Notes: generated from the letters alone by a model not told the origin. A DNA stretch of 64,000 bases from Thermoprotei archaeon (GCA_038881895.1 JAVZOV010000002.1:352208-416207); one strand, 5' to 3'; positions 47,839 through 57,699 are shown, counted from the first letter of the stretch. Numbers and translations are program-made.

Positions 47839-48483
47839 ATGAGGAAAATTTTCATAATTATTCTTTCGTTGATAATTGTTTTAATTGTGTCTGTGTACAT
47901 TTTAACCATTTACAATAGAACGCCCCCTGAGAGTTTCCCATATAATAAAGAGGTTACTGATTTTAGACTTGTCGATCAAAATGGTTCAACAATAAATCTT
48001 TCAGATTTCAAAGGAAAGGTTATTGTTCTCACGTTTATCTATACGCATTGTCCAGACATCTGTCCTGTAATAACGAGTCATCTTGTTGCTGCGTATAATA
48101 GATTAGTACAAATGGGATTAAAGGATCAGGTGGCGTTCGTGTTTGTTTCTGTAGATCCGTATGGTGATAATGTAACTGCAATGAAAAATTATTCTGAACG
48201 TTTTAATGCATCAAGCTTATATTTTCTTACTAATAATACAGCAGGCCTTTCAACAGGTTCATACTCAAATCTTACTAATTTGCAATCAGTATGGAATTCT
48301 TATGATGTATATGTTAATATTAATAGGACATCAACTGAAGAAGGATGGTACGAAGTTGATCACACTACAGTTACATATATAATAGATAAGAACTTCAGGA
48401 TACGCGAAGCACTTTTTGGTGTTCCTCCATTATGGAGCACTGATGATGTAGTCCATTATGTAAGTATTTTAGCTAAATCATAA
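47839..48483 (+). CDS. SCO1/SenC-family thioredoxin-fold copper chaperone
   Basis: N-terminal TM and FIYTHCPDICP (CxxxC) motif. Confidence 0.8.
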   Translation: MRKIFIIILSLIIVLIVSVYILTIYNRTPPESFPYNKEVTDFRLVDQNGSTINLSDFKGKVIVLTFIYTHCPDICPVITSHLVAAYNRLVQMGLKDQVAFVFVSVDPYGDNVTAMKNYSERFNASSLYFLTNNTAGLSTGSYSNLTNLQSVWNSYDVYVNINRTSTEEGWYEVDHTTVTYIIDKNFRIREALFGVPPLWSTDDVVHYVSILAKS

Positions 48484-48497
48484 TCAGGGTGTTCTTA

Positions 48498-49115
48498 ATG
48501 AACAAAAATACTGAATTCTTTTCACGGTTTATGTCAAGTAAAACTGTTGTATCACTGATTCTCTTTTGGATTTTGTACACGTTATCTCATGGAGCATATG
48601 AGAGCCTTCCTTATGTGCTGAAATCATTGAGCCCAGAAGATATGGAGTTCTTGGGTTTTTTAGTTCTGTTTAGTGAAATGGGAATCATGGCAAGTTTTAT
48701 AGCATTAATAGTTAATGTTTTTCAGCATTCTTATTCAAGACGCGCGAGAAGGCTCACAATAATAGCAGTGATTGCGATAATTATGCTGTTCTTTATTTAT
48801 TATGTTAATACATATGCATACTCATATGAGAATAGAGCTGTGATTATTGTAAACACTAAATTACCTTATGTATGTGGTTCCGAGGTTTTTCAGCCAGCTA
48901 TCATTAGAATTATAATAGGTGTTAATAACACTATAACATGGAAGAACGTATCACCATTCACTCAGAGCATAATTTCTATGAATAATTCTTTCAGTTCAGG
49001 GCCAATACCACCGGGTGGTGAATGGAGTTACACTTTTACGAAACCTGGAATTTATAAATATCGTAATGGTTTCTATCCATGGGTTCAAGGTACCATAATT
49101 GTTGATGAGGCATGA
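48498..49115 (+). CDS. Membrane-anchored cupredoxin-like domain protein lacking the canonical Cu ligands
   Basis: The C-terminal TWKNVSPFTQ...GGEWSYTFTKPGIYKYRNGFYPWVQGTIIV follows the plastocyanin/amicyanin pattern, but the His/Cys/His/Met positions are substituted. Confidence 0.45.
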   Translation: MNKNTEFFSRFMSSKTVVSLILFWILYTLSHGAYESLPYVLKSLSPEDMEFLGFLVLFSEMGIMASFIALIVNVFQHSYSRRARRLTIIAVIAIIMLFFIYYVNTYAYSYENRAVIIVNTKLPYVCGSEVFQPAIIRIIIGVNNTITWKNVSPFTQSIISMNNSFSSGPIPPGGEWSYTFTKPGIYKYRNGFYPWVQGTIIVDEA

Positions 49116-49181
49116 TGGTAAAATTCCCCATTAAAGCAAAAACTATTTTAGATAAAGATCATATAAATTTGGCGAGGCGAA

Positions 49182-49853
49182 ATGGCGATTTCTGTTTTAA
49201 AAGCATTAGGTATTGTTTTCTCAAGAGCCAAATATCGAGTATTATTTGTTATAATATCAGTCCTTATGGTAATTATTAATATATTAACACTAATAGGTCT
49301 GCAATGGATATTAAGTGGTACACCACGAATTAATATTGGATTATTTTCAAAACCACCAAAGATTCCAATACAAACACCAATAATAATGTGGGTTGAATCG
49401 AATTATGGGAGTTCTACGTTATTCTGGGTTATTTATTTTACACCAGAACTTTTCATAACAATTGTATTATCATCTGTTCTCGCCTCTTTATTATTTTCAG
49501 AAATATTATATTTTTCAAAGGAAATGCGAAGCAAACTTAAGGTTAGGAAGAAAACTTGGCGACTTCTGTCTGCATCAATTACAACAGTAATAGGTGTAAC
49601 ATCGATGACATCTACCACTTTATCTTGTCCAGCATGTGGTGTGACAATTTCTGCAACTTTAATAGCTATATTAGTGTCAACAATAACTGGTTCAACATTA
49701 GGCGTAGCCTCAATATTTATACAGTTTACATTCTATCTTTTCTGGATAGGGATCTTACTTAATTTAATAATGCTCTACATAATATCAAATAATATTCTAA
49801 AGACAGCTCCAATCTTTGAGGTACCAGGAAGAAAATTAGATAAAATAAAATAA
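49182..49853 (+). CDS. Membrane protein with intramembrane CPAC motif
   Basis: 223 aa, multi-TM, with LSCPACGVT in a predicted TM segment. Confidence 0.45.
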   Translation: MAISVLKALGIVFSRAKYRVLFVIISVLMVIINILTLIGLQWILSGTPRINIGLFSKPPKIPIQTPIIMWVESNYGSSTLFWVIYFTPELFITIVLSSVLASLLFSEILYFSKEMRSKLKVRKKTWRLLSASITTVIGVTSMTSTTLSCPACGVTISATLIAILVSTITGSTLGVASIFIQFTFYLFWIGILLNLIMLYIISNNILKTAPIFEVPGRKLDKIK

Positions 49854-50199
49854 TAAAAACATTTAAATACCCAATGGAAATAAGGAGCAATATTTTCGTT
49901 TGTAAGAGTTTGTGAAATTCTGAGCGTCACTAGAGCTAGCTATCGTGGATTAAGAGTAGGAAAGATTGTTGTCGAAAATATTTATGGTAGTTGGAGAATA
50001 TCATAGCGGAGTCAAGAGAAGCTTAAAAGTATTCCCAGAATCAGGGGAGTTAATCTGCACTTGTATAGATGGAAATATGCTGACAAACAACTTAGAGAGA
50101 AGTGTTTTGCTTTTTCACAAAGAACACAATGAAGTTATATGGAGAAGTTAGTGGAAGATCTAACAGAGATAATTACTTTTTTAGAAAGTAAGAAGGGTG

Positions 50200-50625
50200 T
50201 CAAAGAGAGGGGTCGACATTTGGAAATACTTTTGTTTCTTCTAATTTATGATGTTCTTCAAGAATAATTTTAAGATCAGCAATAATTTCTTTGAAGCTCT
50301 TCTGATCATTAGAATTTAGTACCAACTCAAGTTTATCAAGATGTTCTAAGATATCTAGATGTTGTTGCATAATATGACTTAAGAATCCCTGATCAACAAG
50401 ATTTTTATTAACAATTTCTGGAAATAACACAGATTCCTCATCGATAATATGATTAGATAACTTACTCCTAAATTCATTTAAAAGACTAGCTATATGGTTT
50501 ATATTAGATGTATTAATTGAGTCCTCTATAGATTTTAAATCTGAAGCAAATAAACGATGTTCCTGAATTAATTTCATAACAAGATCATACAACATGTTAA
50601 TCATTAGATACTGTAGACAGAACAT
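50200..50625 (-). CDS. Hemerythrin-like (HHE cation-binding) domain protein
   Basis: HIIDEESVLFPEI and HHKLEETKVFP motifs. Start is uncertain (50625, 50604 or 50595). Confidence 0.65.
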   Translation of the reverse strand: MFCLQYLMINMLYDLVMKLIQEHRLFASDLKSIEDSINTSNINHIASLLNEFRSKLSNHIIDEESVLFPEIVNKNLVDQGFLSHIMQQHLDILEHLDKLELVLNSNDQKSFKEIIADLKIILEEHHKLEETKVFPNVDPSL

Positions 50626-50781
50626 TATTTAAATATTACTAATCCTATGTTTTTCTCATGATTTTTAAAGATAATAACATAAATTGGATTGATCATAAAG
50701 AAAAACTCACCGCATAGAATATTGATAAATTTCATTATACTATCATAACTTAGAACTCTTAACATGAAAATAACTTTTAAG

Positions 50782-51363
50782 TCATAGATCATGTACTTTA
50801 ATCATTAAAATTACCCATATATCTATTATTAATATTCCGTATGCCTCTATCATCGCTACCGAGGGCCATTTTATTATAACAGCTATGATTGGCCCAATGA
50901 TGCCTAACATAATTGACATAATACCGTAATACTTTATTTTTTCTAAAATCAGACCTAGACCATAAACTAAAATTGCAAGATCCATTTGTACAAAAAACCA
51001 TGTAGAAACAAATACATGGGGTCTTGTACCTGCATGGTATATACCTATTAATGATAGGAAAATTCCTGCAATAAAGATAAAACTACCACCAATAGTTTCT
51101 AGCTTATTTAAAGAATCTGAGATTAAATAGAGCGAATACATTATGACAAAAATTGCTGTGACAATTAAACCATAATTATAAATCCATGGATTTGTAGCTT
51201 TGGGTCCTCCCAGATCACTAAAAGCGTTTACATTGAGATTAAACCATGAATTATAATATACTGATATACCTATAACCATCCATGCAAGGATAACAGCAAT
51301 TAATCCCGAAAACTTCAATAACTTATTAAATGATCGTTTCATGAATACTTCTAAACCTTTCAA
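50782..51363 (-). CDS. DUF998-like membrane protein
   Basis: 193 aa, 6 TM, with a FSDLG motif after the first TM. Confidence 0.5.
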   Translation of the reverse strand: MKGLEVFMKRSFNKLLKFSGLIAVILAWMVIGISVYYNSWFNLNVNAFSDLGGPKATNPWIYNYGLIVTAIFVIMYSLYLISDSLNKLETIGGSFIFIAGIFLSLIGIYHAGTRPHVFVSTWFFVQMDLAILVYGLGLILEKIKYYGIMSIMLGIIGPIIAVIIKWPSVAMIEAYGILIIDIWVILMIKVHDL

Positions 51364-51410
51364 TATATAATCAATTATAAATTTTTAACTAGATAATCCT
51401 AGTAATATGG

Positions 51411-51974
51411 GTGAAAAGTTTGCTTGGAAATAAAAGATTATTGATCTTAACCAAGAATGATAATTTTTCACCTTCTGATAGAGAAATGTTGATTAATAAT
51501 TTAAGACAAAAGTTCAGTAAATTTTTCAGAATAAATGATTTACGAATTGCTTCAAAGCACATCGAGATCGACATCACATGTGATAATATCATGAAAGCTA
51601 AAAAGATAGAAGAGTTTAGTCCTATATTATCAATTCGAGATCTATCATTATATGATGAAAATATAAACGTTTTTCAAAAAGCAAAAGAACTCTTTAACTC
51701 AGAGCGATTCTGGGAATTTCATGAGCTTTTAGAAGGAATATGGAGAAAAAAGAGTGGCGATGAAAAACGTTTATTACATGGACTAATATTAATAGCTGCA
51801 TCATTAGTACACATGCAACGAAATAACATTCACATTAGTATTCGCATAATGAGGCGAGCACTTAATGAACTTAAACCATTCGATGATTTTTATAATGGAA
51901 TTGATATTTCATTTGTTAAATCGAAGATCACTTTAATGCTTCAGGAGGATAAAATTCAATCCTTCGAAATTTAA
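51411..51974 (+). CDS. DUF309 domain protein
   Basis: FNSERFWEFHELLEGIWR...LLHGLILIAASLVHMQRNN matches the DUF309 signature. Confidence 0.6.
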   Translation: MKSLLGNKRLLILTKNDNFSPSDREMLINNLRQKFSKFFRINDLRIASKHIEIDITCDNIMKAKKIEEFSPILSIRDLSLYDENINVFQKAKELFNSERFWEFHELLEGIWRKKSGDEKRLLHGLILIAASLVHMQRNNIHISIRIMRRALNELKPFDDFYNGIDISFVKSKITLMLQEDKIQSFEI

Positions 51975-52051
51975 AACTAATATTGAAGAATTTGATTATC
52001 ATAGCTATAAGGTTTATATAATTGTATGCATGTAATTACTAAGTGTTAGCT

Positions 52052-52411
52052 ATGGAGATTAAAGTTGCAAGATTAAACGAAATTAAGGAAGAAGAGCTTA
52101 ATCCCTTACTATTTAGAAAAATGATTACAGGTGAAAAAATAATGTTTGTTCAATTTATTTTGAAGAAAGGTCTTCACGTTCCATCCCATAAACATGAATC
52201 TGAACAAATATCTTACGTGATCAAGGGAAAATTAAAATTTAGTATAAATGGAAAAGAGTACATAATAAAAGATAATGAGCTTATTGTAATACCGTCAAAC
52301 GTACCTCATGAAGTGTGGGCAGAAGAAGATACTATCGATATTGATTTGTTTGCACCGCCAAGAGAGGATTGGTTAAGAGGCAATGATTCATATCTTAGGA
52401 TACAAAAATAA
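52052..52411 (+). CDS. Cupin domain protein
   Basis: HKHESEQISYVIKG...IPSNVPHEV (two cupin His motifs). ATG 52052; the track ORF starts at GTG 52043. Confidence 0.75.
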   Translation: MEIKVARLNEIKEEELNPLLFRKMITGEKIMFVQFILKKGLHVPSHKHESEQISYVIKGKLKFSINGKEYIIKDNELIVIPSNVPHEVWAEEDTIDIDLFAPPREDWLRGNDSYLRIQK

Positions 52412-52418
52412 AAAGGGG

Positions 52419-53204
52419 TTAAAAAACGCTTTTGAGGAGACCACCATCTATAGGTATGCTAGCTCCGTTTATATAAGTAGCTAAGTTGGATGCTAAGAAA
52501 AGTATAACATTAGCGTATTCTTCAGGGGAGCCTAAACGTCCTAAAGGTATATCTTTGGACATCTCTTTGATCACATCGTTGACATCTTTATTTTCTTTTT
52601 TAGCTCTGTTCATTGCCAGCTCTTTTACTCTATCAGTAAGTATTAAACCTGGCAATACAGAATTCACCAGAATATTTTTCCTACCCAATTCTTTTGATAA
52701 CGTTCGAACTAACCCTGCTATGCTGATTCTTATGACATTACTTAGTACTAGATCTTCTATAGGTTCTTTTATCGCGATCGATGCAGAAAATATTATTCTA
52801 CCTCCCTGTGTCATAAGTTCTGCAGCATATTTTGCGCATCTTACTGCACTAAGCAAGAGAAGCTCTGAGGCTCGGATCCAATCATCATCACTTAAATCCA
52901 TAAATCTGCCAGGTCTTGGACCGCCAGTGATATAAACTAGCACATCTAGTCCGTTAAAAATTTTTTTAACCTCAGCAAACAAATTATCTATCTCATCTTT
53001 CTTTGTTAAATCAGCTTTAATCATGTAAACTTCACCCAAATGTTTCAAAGATTCATAAGCTTTTTTGAGATTTTCACTATTAGAAGAACTTATTATTACT
53101 CTGCCACCATTTATTAAAAAAGCTCTCGCAGACGCATATCCTAAACCCTTTGATGCTGCAGTAACTAGAACTTTCTTACCGTTTAATCCTAAGTCCATTT
53201 TCAA
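52419..53204 (-). CDS. SDR-family oxidoreductase
   Basis: VTAASKGLG cofactor motif; 261 aa. Confidence 0.75.
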   Translation of the reverse strand: MKMDLGLNGKKVLVTAASKGLGYASARAFLINGGRVIISSSNSENLKKAYESLKHLGEVYMIKADLTKKDEIDNLFAEVKKIFNGLDVLVYITGGPRPGRFMDLSDDDWIRASELLLLSAVRCAKYAAELMTQGGRIIFSASIAIKEPIEDLVLSNVIRISIAGLVRTLSKELGRKNILVNSVLPGLILTDRVKELAMNRAKKENKDVNDVIKEMSKDIPLGRLGSPEEYANVILFLASNLATYINGASIPIDGGLLKSVF

Positions 53205-53382
53205 TCACGATATATTCGTTCCAATAGTTATAAATATTTATTTGTTTACTAAAATTAACTTTTAGTAACATAAGCTAGAAAATTATTTTCATTAGTTAAA
53301 GATTAAAAATAGTGCCAATAATTTTTTCATGAATAACTTTATTTAGCTATTAAAAAATTTATAGATCATAAAATTTTAAGAT

Positions 53383-53979
53383 ATGGTGCTAGTAATGGTT
53401 AAGCTAAGGTTTATACATGCATCATCTGATGCTACAAGTCTCGATGCATATTTGAACGATAACAAAATGATTGAAGGAATAAGATATAAATCAATAACTG
53501 ATTATATTGATATTCCTAACGAATGTATAATTAATTTCAGAATTTCCGGAGCACCAAAAAATAGTCCCCCAATCTTTTACATAAAATTTAAAATCGAACC
53601 TGAAATCCCATTACTGACGGCATTTTTAATTGGACTAGCTGGAAGTAAAGAGAAGAGAGATTCTATAAACGTTATTGTTCTTCAAGACCAGACTGTCTCA
53701 CCAAATTCTGCGATAATACGGCTTATTAATGCATCTCCTGTAATAAATTCTGCCTTGTTTAAATTTAAGGATGGTTCATTAGCTCAAAATCTTGACTATG
53801 GAAAAGTGTTTCAAACTGTAATTAAGTCAGGTAAAAAAGTTCTCCAAGTCATCAAAGATAACAGTACAATCACAGAAACTACTCTAGATATTCAAGATGG
53901 AAAAGTATACGAAATTATGTTAATAGGATTAACGGAAAGAAAACCTCCGCTAGAGTTATATGTGTTATCACATAATTAA
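53383..53979 (+). CDS. DUF4397-like repeat protein
   Basis: Two repeats of the LRFIHASSDA..LDAYLND / IIRLINASPVINS pattern. Confidence 0.5.
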   Translation: MVLVMVKLRFIHASSDATSLDAYLNDNKMIEGIRYKSITDYIDIPNECIINFRISGAPKNSPPIFYIKFKIEPEIPLLTAFLIGLAGSKEKRDSINVIVLQDQTVSPNSAIIRLINASPVINSALFKFKDGSLAQNLDYGKVFQTVIKSGKKVLQVIKDNSTITETTLDIQDGKVYEIMLIGLTERKPPLELYVLSHN

Positions 53980-54199
53980 TTCTATTTTACCAAAAGATTT
54001 GACAAGAAAGCTTACAATCTTAACCGTGAGATGAATTAGGAGCGTGAACTACCCCTCCCTTTCAGATGGGGCTTCCTGCTTCAACGATCAGACTCAGTCT
54101 CTGCTCACCCAGAGCGCAGGTTTCCTTTGGCGAAACCGTTTCCACTAACCACGTCTGGAAGACAGGTTACGGAGGTCTTGGTCTCCACAGGGTTCTGAG

Positions 54200-55354
54200 T
54201 TAAGTAGGAATGCATAGTGAATTGTTATTTTCATTCCTACTTAACCCTTCCCTCTCTATTAATTCGTTGAGGGCTCTCGGGGAGAACCCAATTCCCCGCA
54301 TCTGAAGGTTCAACACCGCTACAACATCCCTATCCATCGTTAACCCGCATTTTTCGCATCTCATTATCCTGCCCAGATAGGAAGCCATGCTTCCGGAGCA
54401 GGCTGGGCAGGTTTTAGATGAGTTGGCTGGGTTAACGTATTTTACTGGTAGGTTAAGCCATTTCAGCTTGTATTCGAGCATGAACTGAAACGTCCTTGCG
54501 TTCCACTTCGAGAGCTTTCTGTTCACGTCTTTAGACTTGTTGAGGATTCGCCTCTTTACACCTTTCAGGTTTTCAAGTATTGCTCCGCAGTTCCTCTCCT
54601 TGAGCTCCCCCGCAACCTGCGTGGTTAACTTGTGCATGAAGTCTTTAGCTCTATTCTTCTCACGCTTAGGGTACTTCTCTAATAGTCTCTTTGATGCATT
54701 GGGCTTAATCTTAGATAACTTTTGTATCCTCTGCCGCTTTACCTCATAAGTTCTGTGAATGTGGTAGAGCTCTCTTAAGTCATAGCGCTTAACCTCACCA
54801 CCTATGAACGCCATCACGTTCGTTAAGTTAACGTCAAATGATGCCCACTTCTCAGCTTTGGGCTCAACCCTCTTCTTAACCGTAATTATCAACTCCTTCT
54901 CAGTCATAAGTAGTCCACCGACTTTATCAAAGTCTCTCGGAATCCACGAACACTCACTCAAGTCGACCTCAAGATACCGCTTATTAGGCTCTATGCTTAC
55001 CCTCAGTATGCCATCTCTGAAGCTGAAGAGCGTGCTCTTAATGTAGACTGTCCTCTTAGTTATCTCAGGCTTACCTTCAGCTTTCCCCTTGTTGTAGAGC
55101 GTTATCCAGCCCTTAACCAATCCGATAACGGAGTTCATTGCTGAATCAACGTAATGCTTTGAGTATTTCCACTCTCGTAGCAGTTCATCCCTAAGCTCTC
55201 TCCTATCCTCAGCTTTCAAGTTGAGGTGAGCCTTCTTGGAAATTTTAACGTGTGAGAATATTGCGTCTAAAGCCTTCCGCTTAGCTTTGAAGTATTCTTC
55301 GATTAAATCTTTTGGAACATCTACTGGGATCCTGTAGCTTTTAACTGCTTCCAT
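54200..55354 (-). CDS. tnpB: TnpB (RuvC-like RNA-guided nuclease family)
   Basis: 384 aa, full length, with the same D/E/D and zinc-finger motifs as copy 1. Confidence 0.9.
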   Translation of the reverse strand: MEAVKSYRIPVDVPKDLIEEYFKAKRKALDAIFSHVKISKKAHLNLKAEDRRELRDELLREWKYSKHYVDSAMNSVIGLVKGWITLYNKGKAEGKPEITKRTVYIKSTLFSFRDGILRVSIEPNKRYLEVDLSECSWIPRDFDKVGGLLMTEKELIITVKKRVEPKAEKWASFDVNLTNVMAFIGGEVKRYDLRELYHIHRTYEVKRQRIQKLSKIKPNASKRLLEKYPKREKNRAKDFMHKLTTQVAGELKERNCGAILENLKGVKRRILNKSKDVNRKLSKWNARTFQFMLEYKLKWLNLPVKYVNPANSSKTCPACSGSMASYLGRIMRCEKCGLTMDRDVVAVLNLQMRGIGFSPRALNELIEREGLSRNENNNSLCIPT

Positions 55355-55515
55355 AGCCTTTCAACTTCGCTCTTGGGATATCTCAGCTTGCCAGTTGGGA
55401 GTTTAACTGCTCTAATAATGCCTTTCTTCTGCCACTTCCAAAGCGTTTTAACTGAGATGTTGAATATCTTTGCAGCATCCTTTGGTCTAAGTAGTTCTTC
55501 GTAATCTCCAGACAT
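55321..55515 (-). CDS. MerR/excisionase-type HTH protein of IS copy 3
   Basis: MSGDYEELLRPKDAAKIFNISVKTLWKWQKKGIIRAVKLPTGKLRYPKSEVERL. The track ORF (to 55683) runs past the IS left end and is not conserved there. Confidence 0.7.
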   Translation of the reverse strand: MSGDYEELLRPKDAAKIFNISVKTLWKWQKKGIIRAVKLPTGKLRYPKSEVERLWKQLKATGSQ

Positions 55516-55979
55516 CGTTAAGAATAAAGTAATCAACCTCCATTTAAACCTATCCGTCTCGAAACTGCTGACAACGGCGTGAATTCGGCCTGTCCCATGC
55601 ATACTAGTGAAGATACGAATAAGAAAATATATAAGTGTTTCAGCTCTCATCCCCCAGCTTACGCAGAGGGATCTTCCCGCCAATAAAGTTAAAAGGACAT
55701 AAACAATAAGACCAATAACTTAGAAGCAAAGAACCCACAGTTTCAACCGTGGAAAGTATCAACAAAAATCTAGTTAAGTCTTCATTCTTTTATGTACTAT
55801 CAATTTAGTATTTTTCCTTTAAAATAATAAATCTTAACTTCTCACTAATGCACGAAACCATGATAAGATGTTGTCTCCAGGTTATCTTTAAGAACATACA
55901 GTTTATCATGAGATATTAAGTATAAAGATTTAAGTAAGGTTTTTAAGTTTGTTTAAAGAAAAATATTTGGTGATAATCT

Positions 55980-56411
55980 TTGGTATCTAAACCTGAATTC
56001 GAACATTACTTAAAAACTTTGCAAGTATTTGGACGATTATCAGGGGTTTCTTTGAATGAGGCTCATAAGATTCTCGGCTATGAGTATGGGAAACGATTAG
56101 CACGAAATCTTAGATCCGATAATCTCATAGATTTATTAAATGAGGCATCATTGCTGCTGGAACAAAACGATTTAGGTCACACTGAAATAGAAAAAAAGGA
56201 TCCAATTAGGCTTACTGTTTATAGATGTTTAGGTTGTGAGTGGATTCCAGATGCTGTAAGTTCTGTTGCAACATGTCCTTTACGTGAAGGGTTGTTAGAG
56301 TCCATAGTGCATGAAAAATTAAACGTCAATATTAAAGTAACTAGTACATCAACTGGCTCATCATATGGGGATAAAGTATGCAAATTTGAAGTTCATCTAG
56401 CAAGAGAATAA
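55980..56411 (+). CDS. V4R-like small-molecule-binding domain protein
   Basis: 143 aa with YRCLGCEW...CPLREGLLESIV, reminiscent of the 4-vinyl-reductase domain. TTG start is 7 nt after GGTGA. Confidence 0.4.
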   Translation: MVSKPEFEHYLKTLQVFGRLSGVSLNEAHKILGYEYGKRLARNLRSDNLIDLLNEASLLLEQNDLGHTEIEKKDPIRLTVYRCLGCEWIPDAVSSVATCPLREGLLESIVHEKLNVNIKVTSTSTGSSYGDKVCKFEVHLARE

Positions 56412-56442
56412 AAATATCTGTCAGGATTAAGTCATTAACAGT

Positions 56443-57003
56443 ATGGTCAATAATGATCTAGGAAAAAAAGAAGTTTTATCAAGTAGAGTTATTTATAAAG
56501 GTAGCATAATAAATTTAAGGCTTGAGGAAATAAGATCTAAAAACGGTTTTCGTTATACTAAAGAGATCGTTGAACATCCAGGAGCTGTTGCTATTTTGGC
56601 ATTTCTAGAAAATAACACTATACTTATGGTTAGGCAATACCGCATAGCCGTAGATAAAATACTTTTAGAACTTCCTGCAGGAACATTAAAAAATGGTGAA
56701 ACACCTGAACAATGTGCAATACGTGAGCTTGAGGAGGAGACGGGTTATAAAGCGCATAAAATTGAAAAACTAGGAGCATTTTATTCAGCGCCCGGATATA
56801 GTAACGAAATACTCCATGTGTTCGTTGCAGAGGAACTAGAGAAAAGCCAACAAAGACTTGAAATCAATGAAGACATCTACGTTGAAAAAATAAACATCAA
56901 GGAGTTATTGTCAATGATTAATAACGGTGAAATTAAAGATGCAAAAACCATAGCATCTATCTTTTTATTTTTAAACAAGTTATACTTTAATCATGTTTTA
57001 TGA
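56443..57003 (+). CDS. NUDIX hydrolase (ADP-ribose pyrophosphatase-like)
   Basis: Nudix box AGTLKNGETPEQCAIRELEEETGY. Confidence 0.85.
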   Translation: MVNNDLGKKEVLSSRVIYKGSIINLRLEEIRSKNGFRYTKEIVEHPGAVAILAFLENNTILMVRQYRIAVDKILLELPAGTLKNGETPEQCAIRELEEETGYKAHKIEKLGAFYSAPGYSNEILHVFVAEELEKSQQRLEINEDIYVEKINIKELLSMINNGEIKDAKTIASIFLFLNKLYFNHVL

Positions 57004-57057
57004 TTAGAAAGGTATTTTTAGGTATACACACATATATAATGCGAGGAATGAGATCAC

Positions 57058-57699
57058 GTGTCGTTTGAAGAAGCAGAAGAGCATAGAAAAAAAGGCGACC
57101 AATTATACAGTATAGGACGATTAAATGAAGCAGAAGAAGAATATCGCATCGCAATAAGTATTAGTCCTGAACACGCCGAAGCGCACCATAATTTAGGAGT
57201 TGTTCTTGCGACAAAAGGTGATCTAGATTCTGCAGAGGAAGAGATAAGAAAAGCTATAACTCTTAAACCTAATGATGCTGATATGCATATCAGCCTAGGC
57301 ACACTATTATATGAAATGAATAGGTTTGAAGAAGCTGAAAATGAATTTCGCAGCGCGATAAACTTTAACCCAGAAAATATTGATGCTCATATAAGCTTAA
57401 GTGGTGTGCTCATAGAACAAGGAAAGTTCGAAGAGTCTGAACACGAACTTAAGAAGGCAGTAGAATTAGCACCAGATAACGCTGACATTCACTATTTACT
57501 TGGGCTAGTATATGCGATCTCAGGTAAATTGGATGAATCAGAAATAGAATTAAATAAAGCGTTAGAAATTGAACCTGAGCACGTTAACGCTAAAAAGGCG
57601 CTAGATAGTGTTCTTAAAGAAAAAAGACGAACAAGTGAGACACCTGCAGATGAACATGAAGAAACTGATGAAGAAGATTATGATGCTGAAGAGTATTAA
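57058..57699 (+). CDS. TPR-repeat protein with acidic C-terminal tail
   Basis: About five 34-aa repeats (A..EYR.AI...P..A.AH..LG) and tail DEHEETDEEDYDAEEY. Confidence 0.8.
   Translation: MSFEEAEEHRKKGDQLYSIGRLNEAEEEYRIAISISPEHAEAHHNLGVVLATKGDLDSAEEEIRKAITLKPNDADMHISLGTLLYEMNRFEEAENEFRSAINFNPENIDAHISLSGVLIEQGKFEESEHELKKAVELAPDNADIHYLLGLVYAISGKLDESEIELNKALEIEPEHVNAKKALDSVLKEKRRTSETPADEHEETDEEDYDAEEY

Larger units (their letters stand above)
54005..55580 (-). mobile_element. IS607/IS1341-like element, copy 3 (HTH-only ORF + tnpB). Core 54190-55579; GC-rich RE extension 54005-54190.
   Basis: Collinear with copies 1 and 2. The region between the tnpB stop and 54005 is GC-rich and ends in the GAAAGCTTACAATCTTAACCGTGAGATGAATT motif. 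Confidence 0.85.

Noticed and set aside
49966-50151. 61-aa ORF (…MVVGEYHSGVKRSLKVFPESGELICTCIDG…)
   Set aside because: No recognisable motif, a TTG start without a GGTG-type SD, and an isolated position. It could be real, but I cannot support it.
55516-55683. N-terminal extension of the HTH ORF in IS copy 3 (120-aa track ORF)
   Set aside because: The extension runs beyond the shared left end of the element (55579) and is absent from copies 1 and 2. The conserved Met at 55515 is the likely start.
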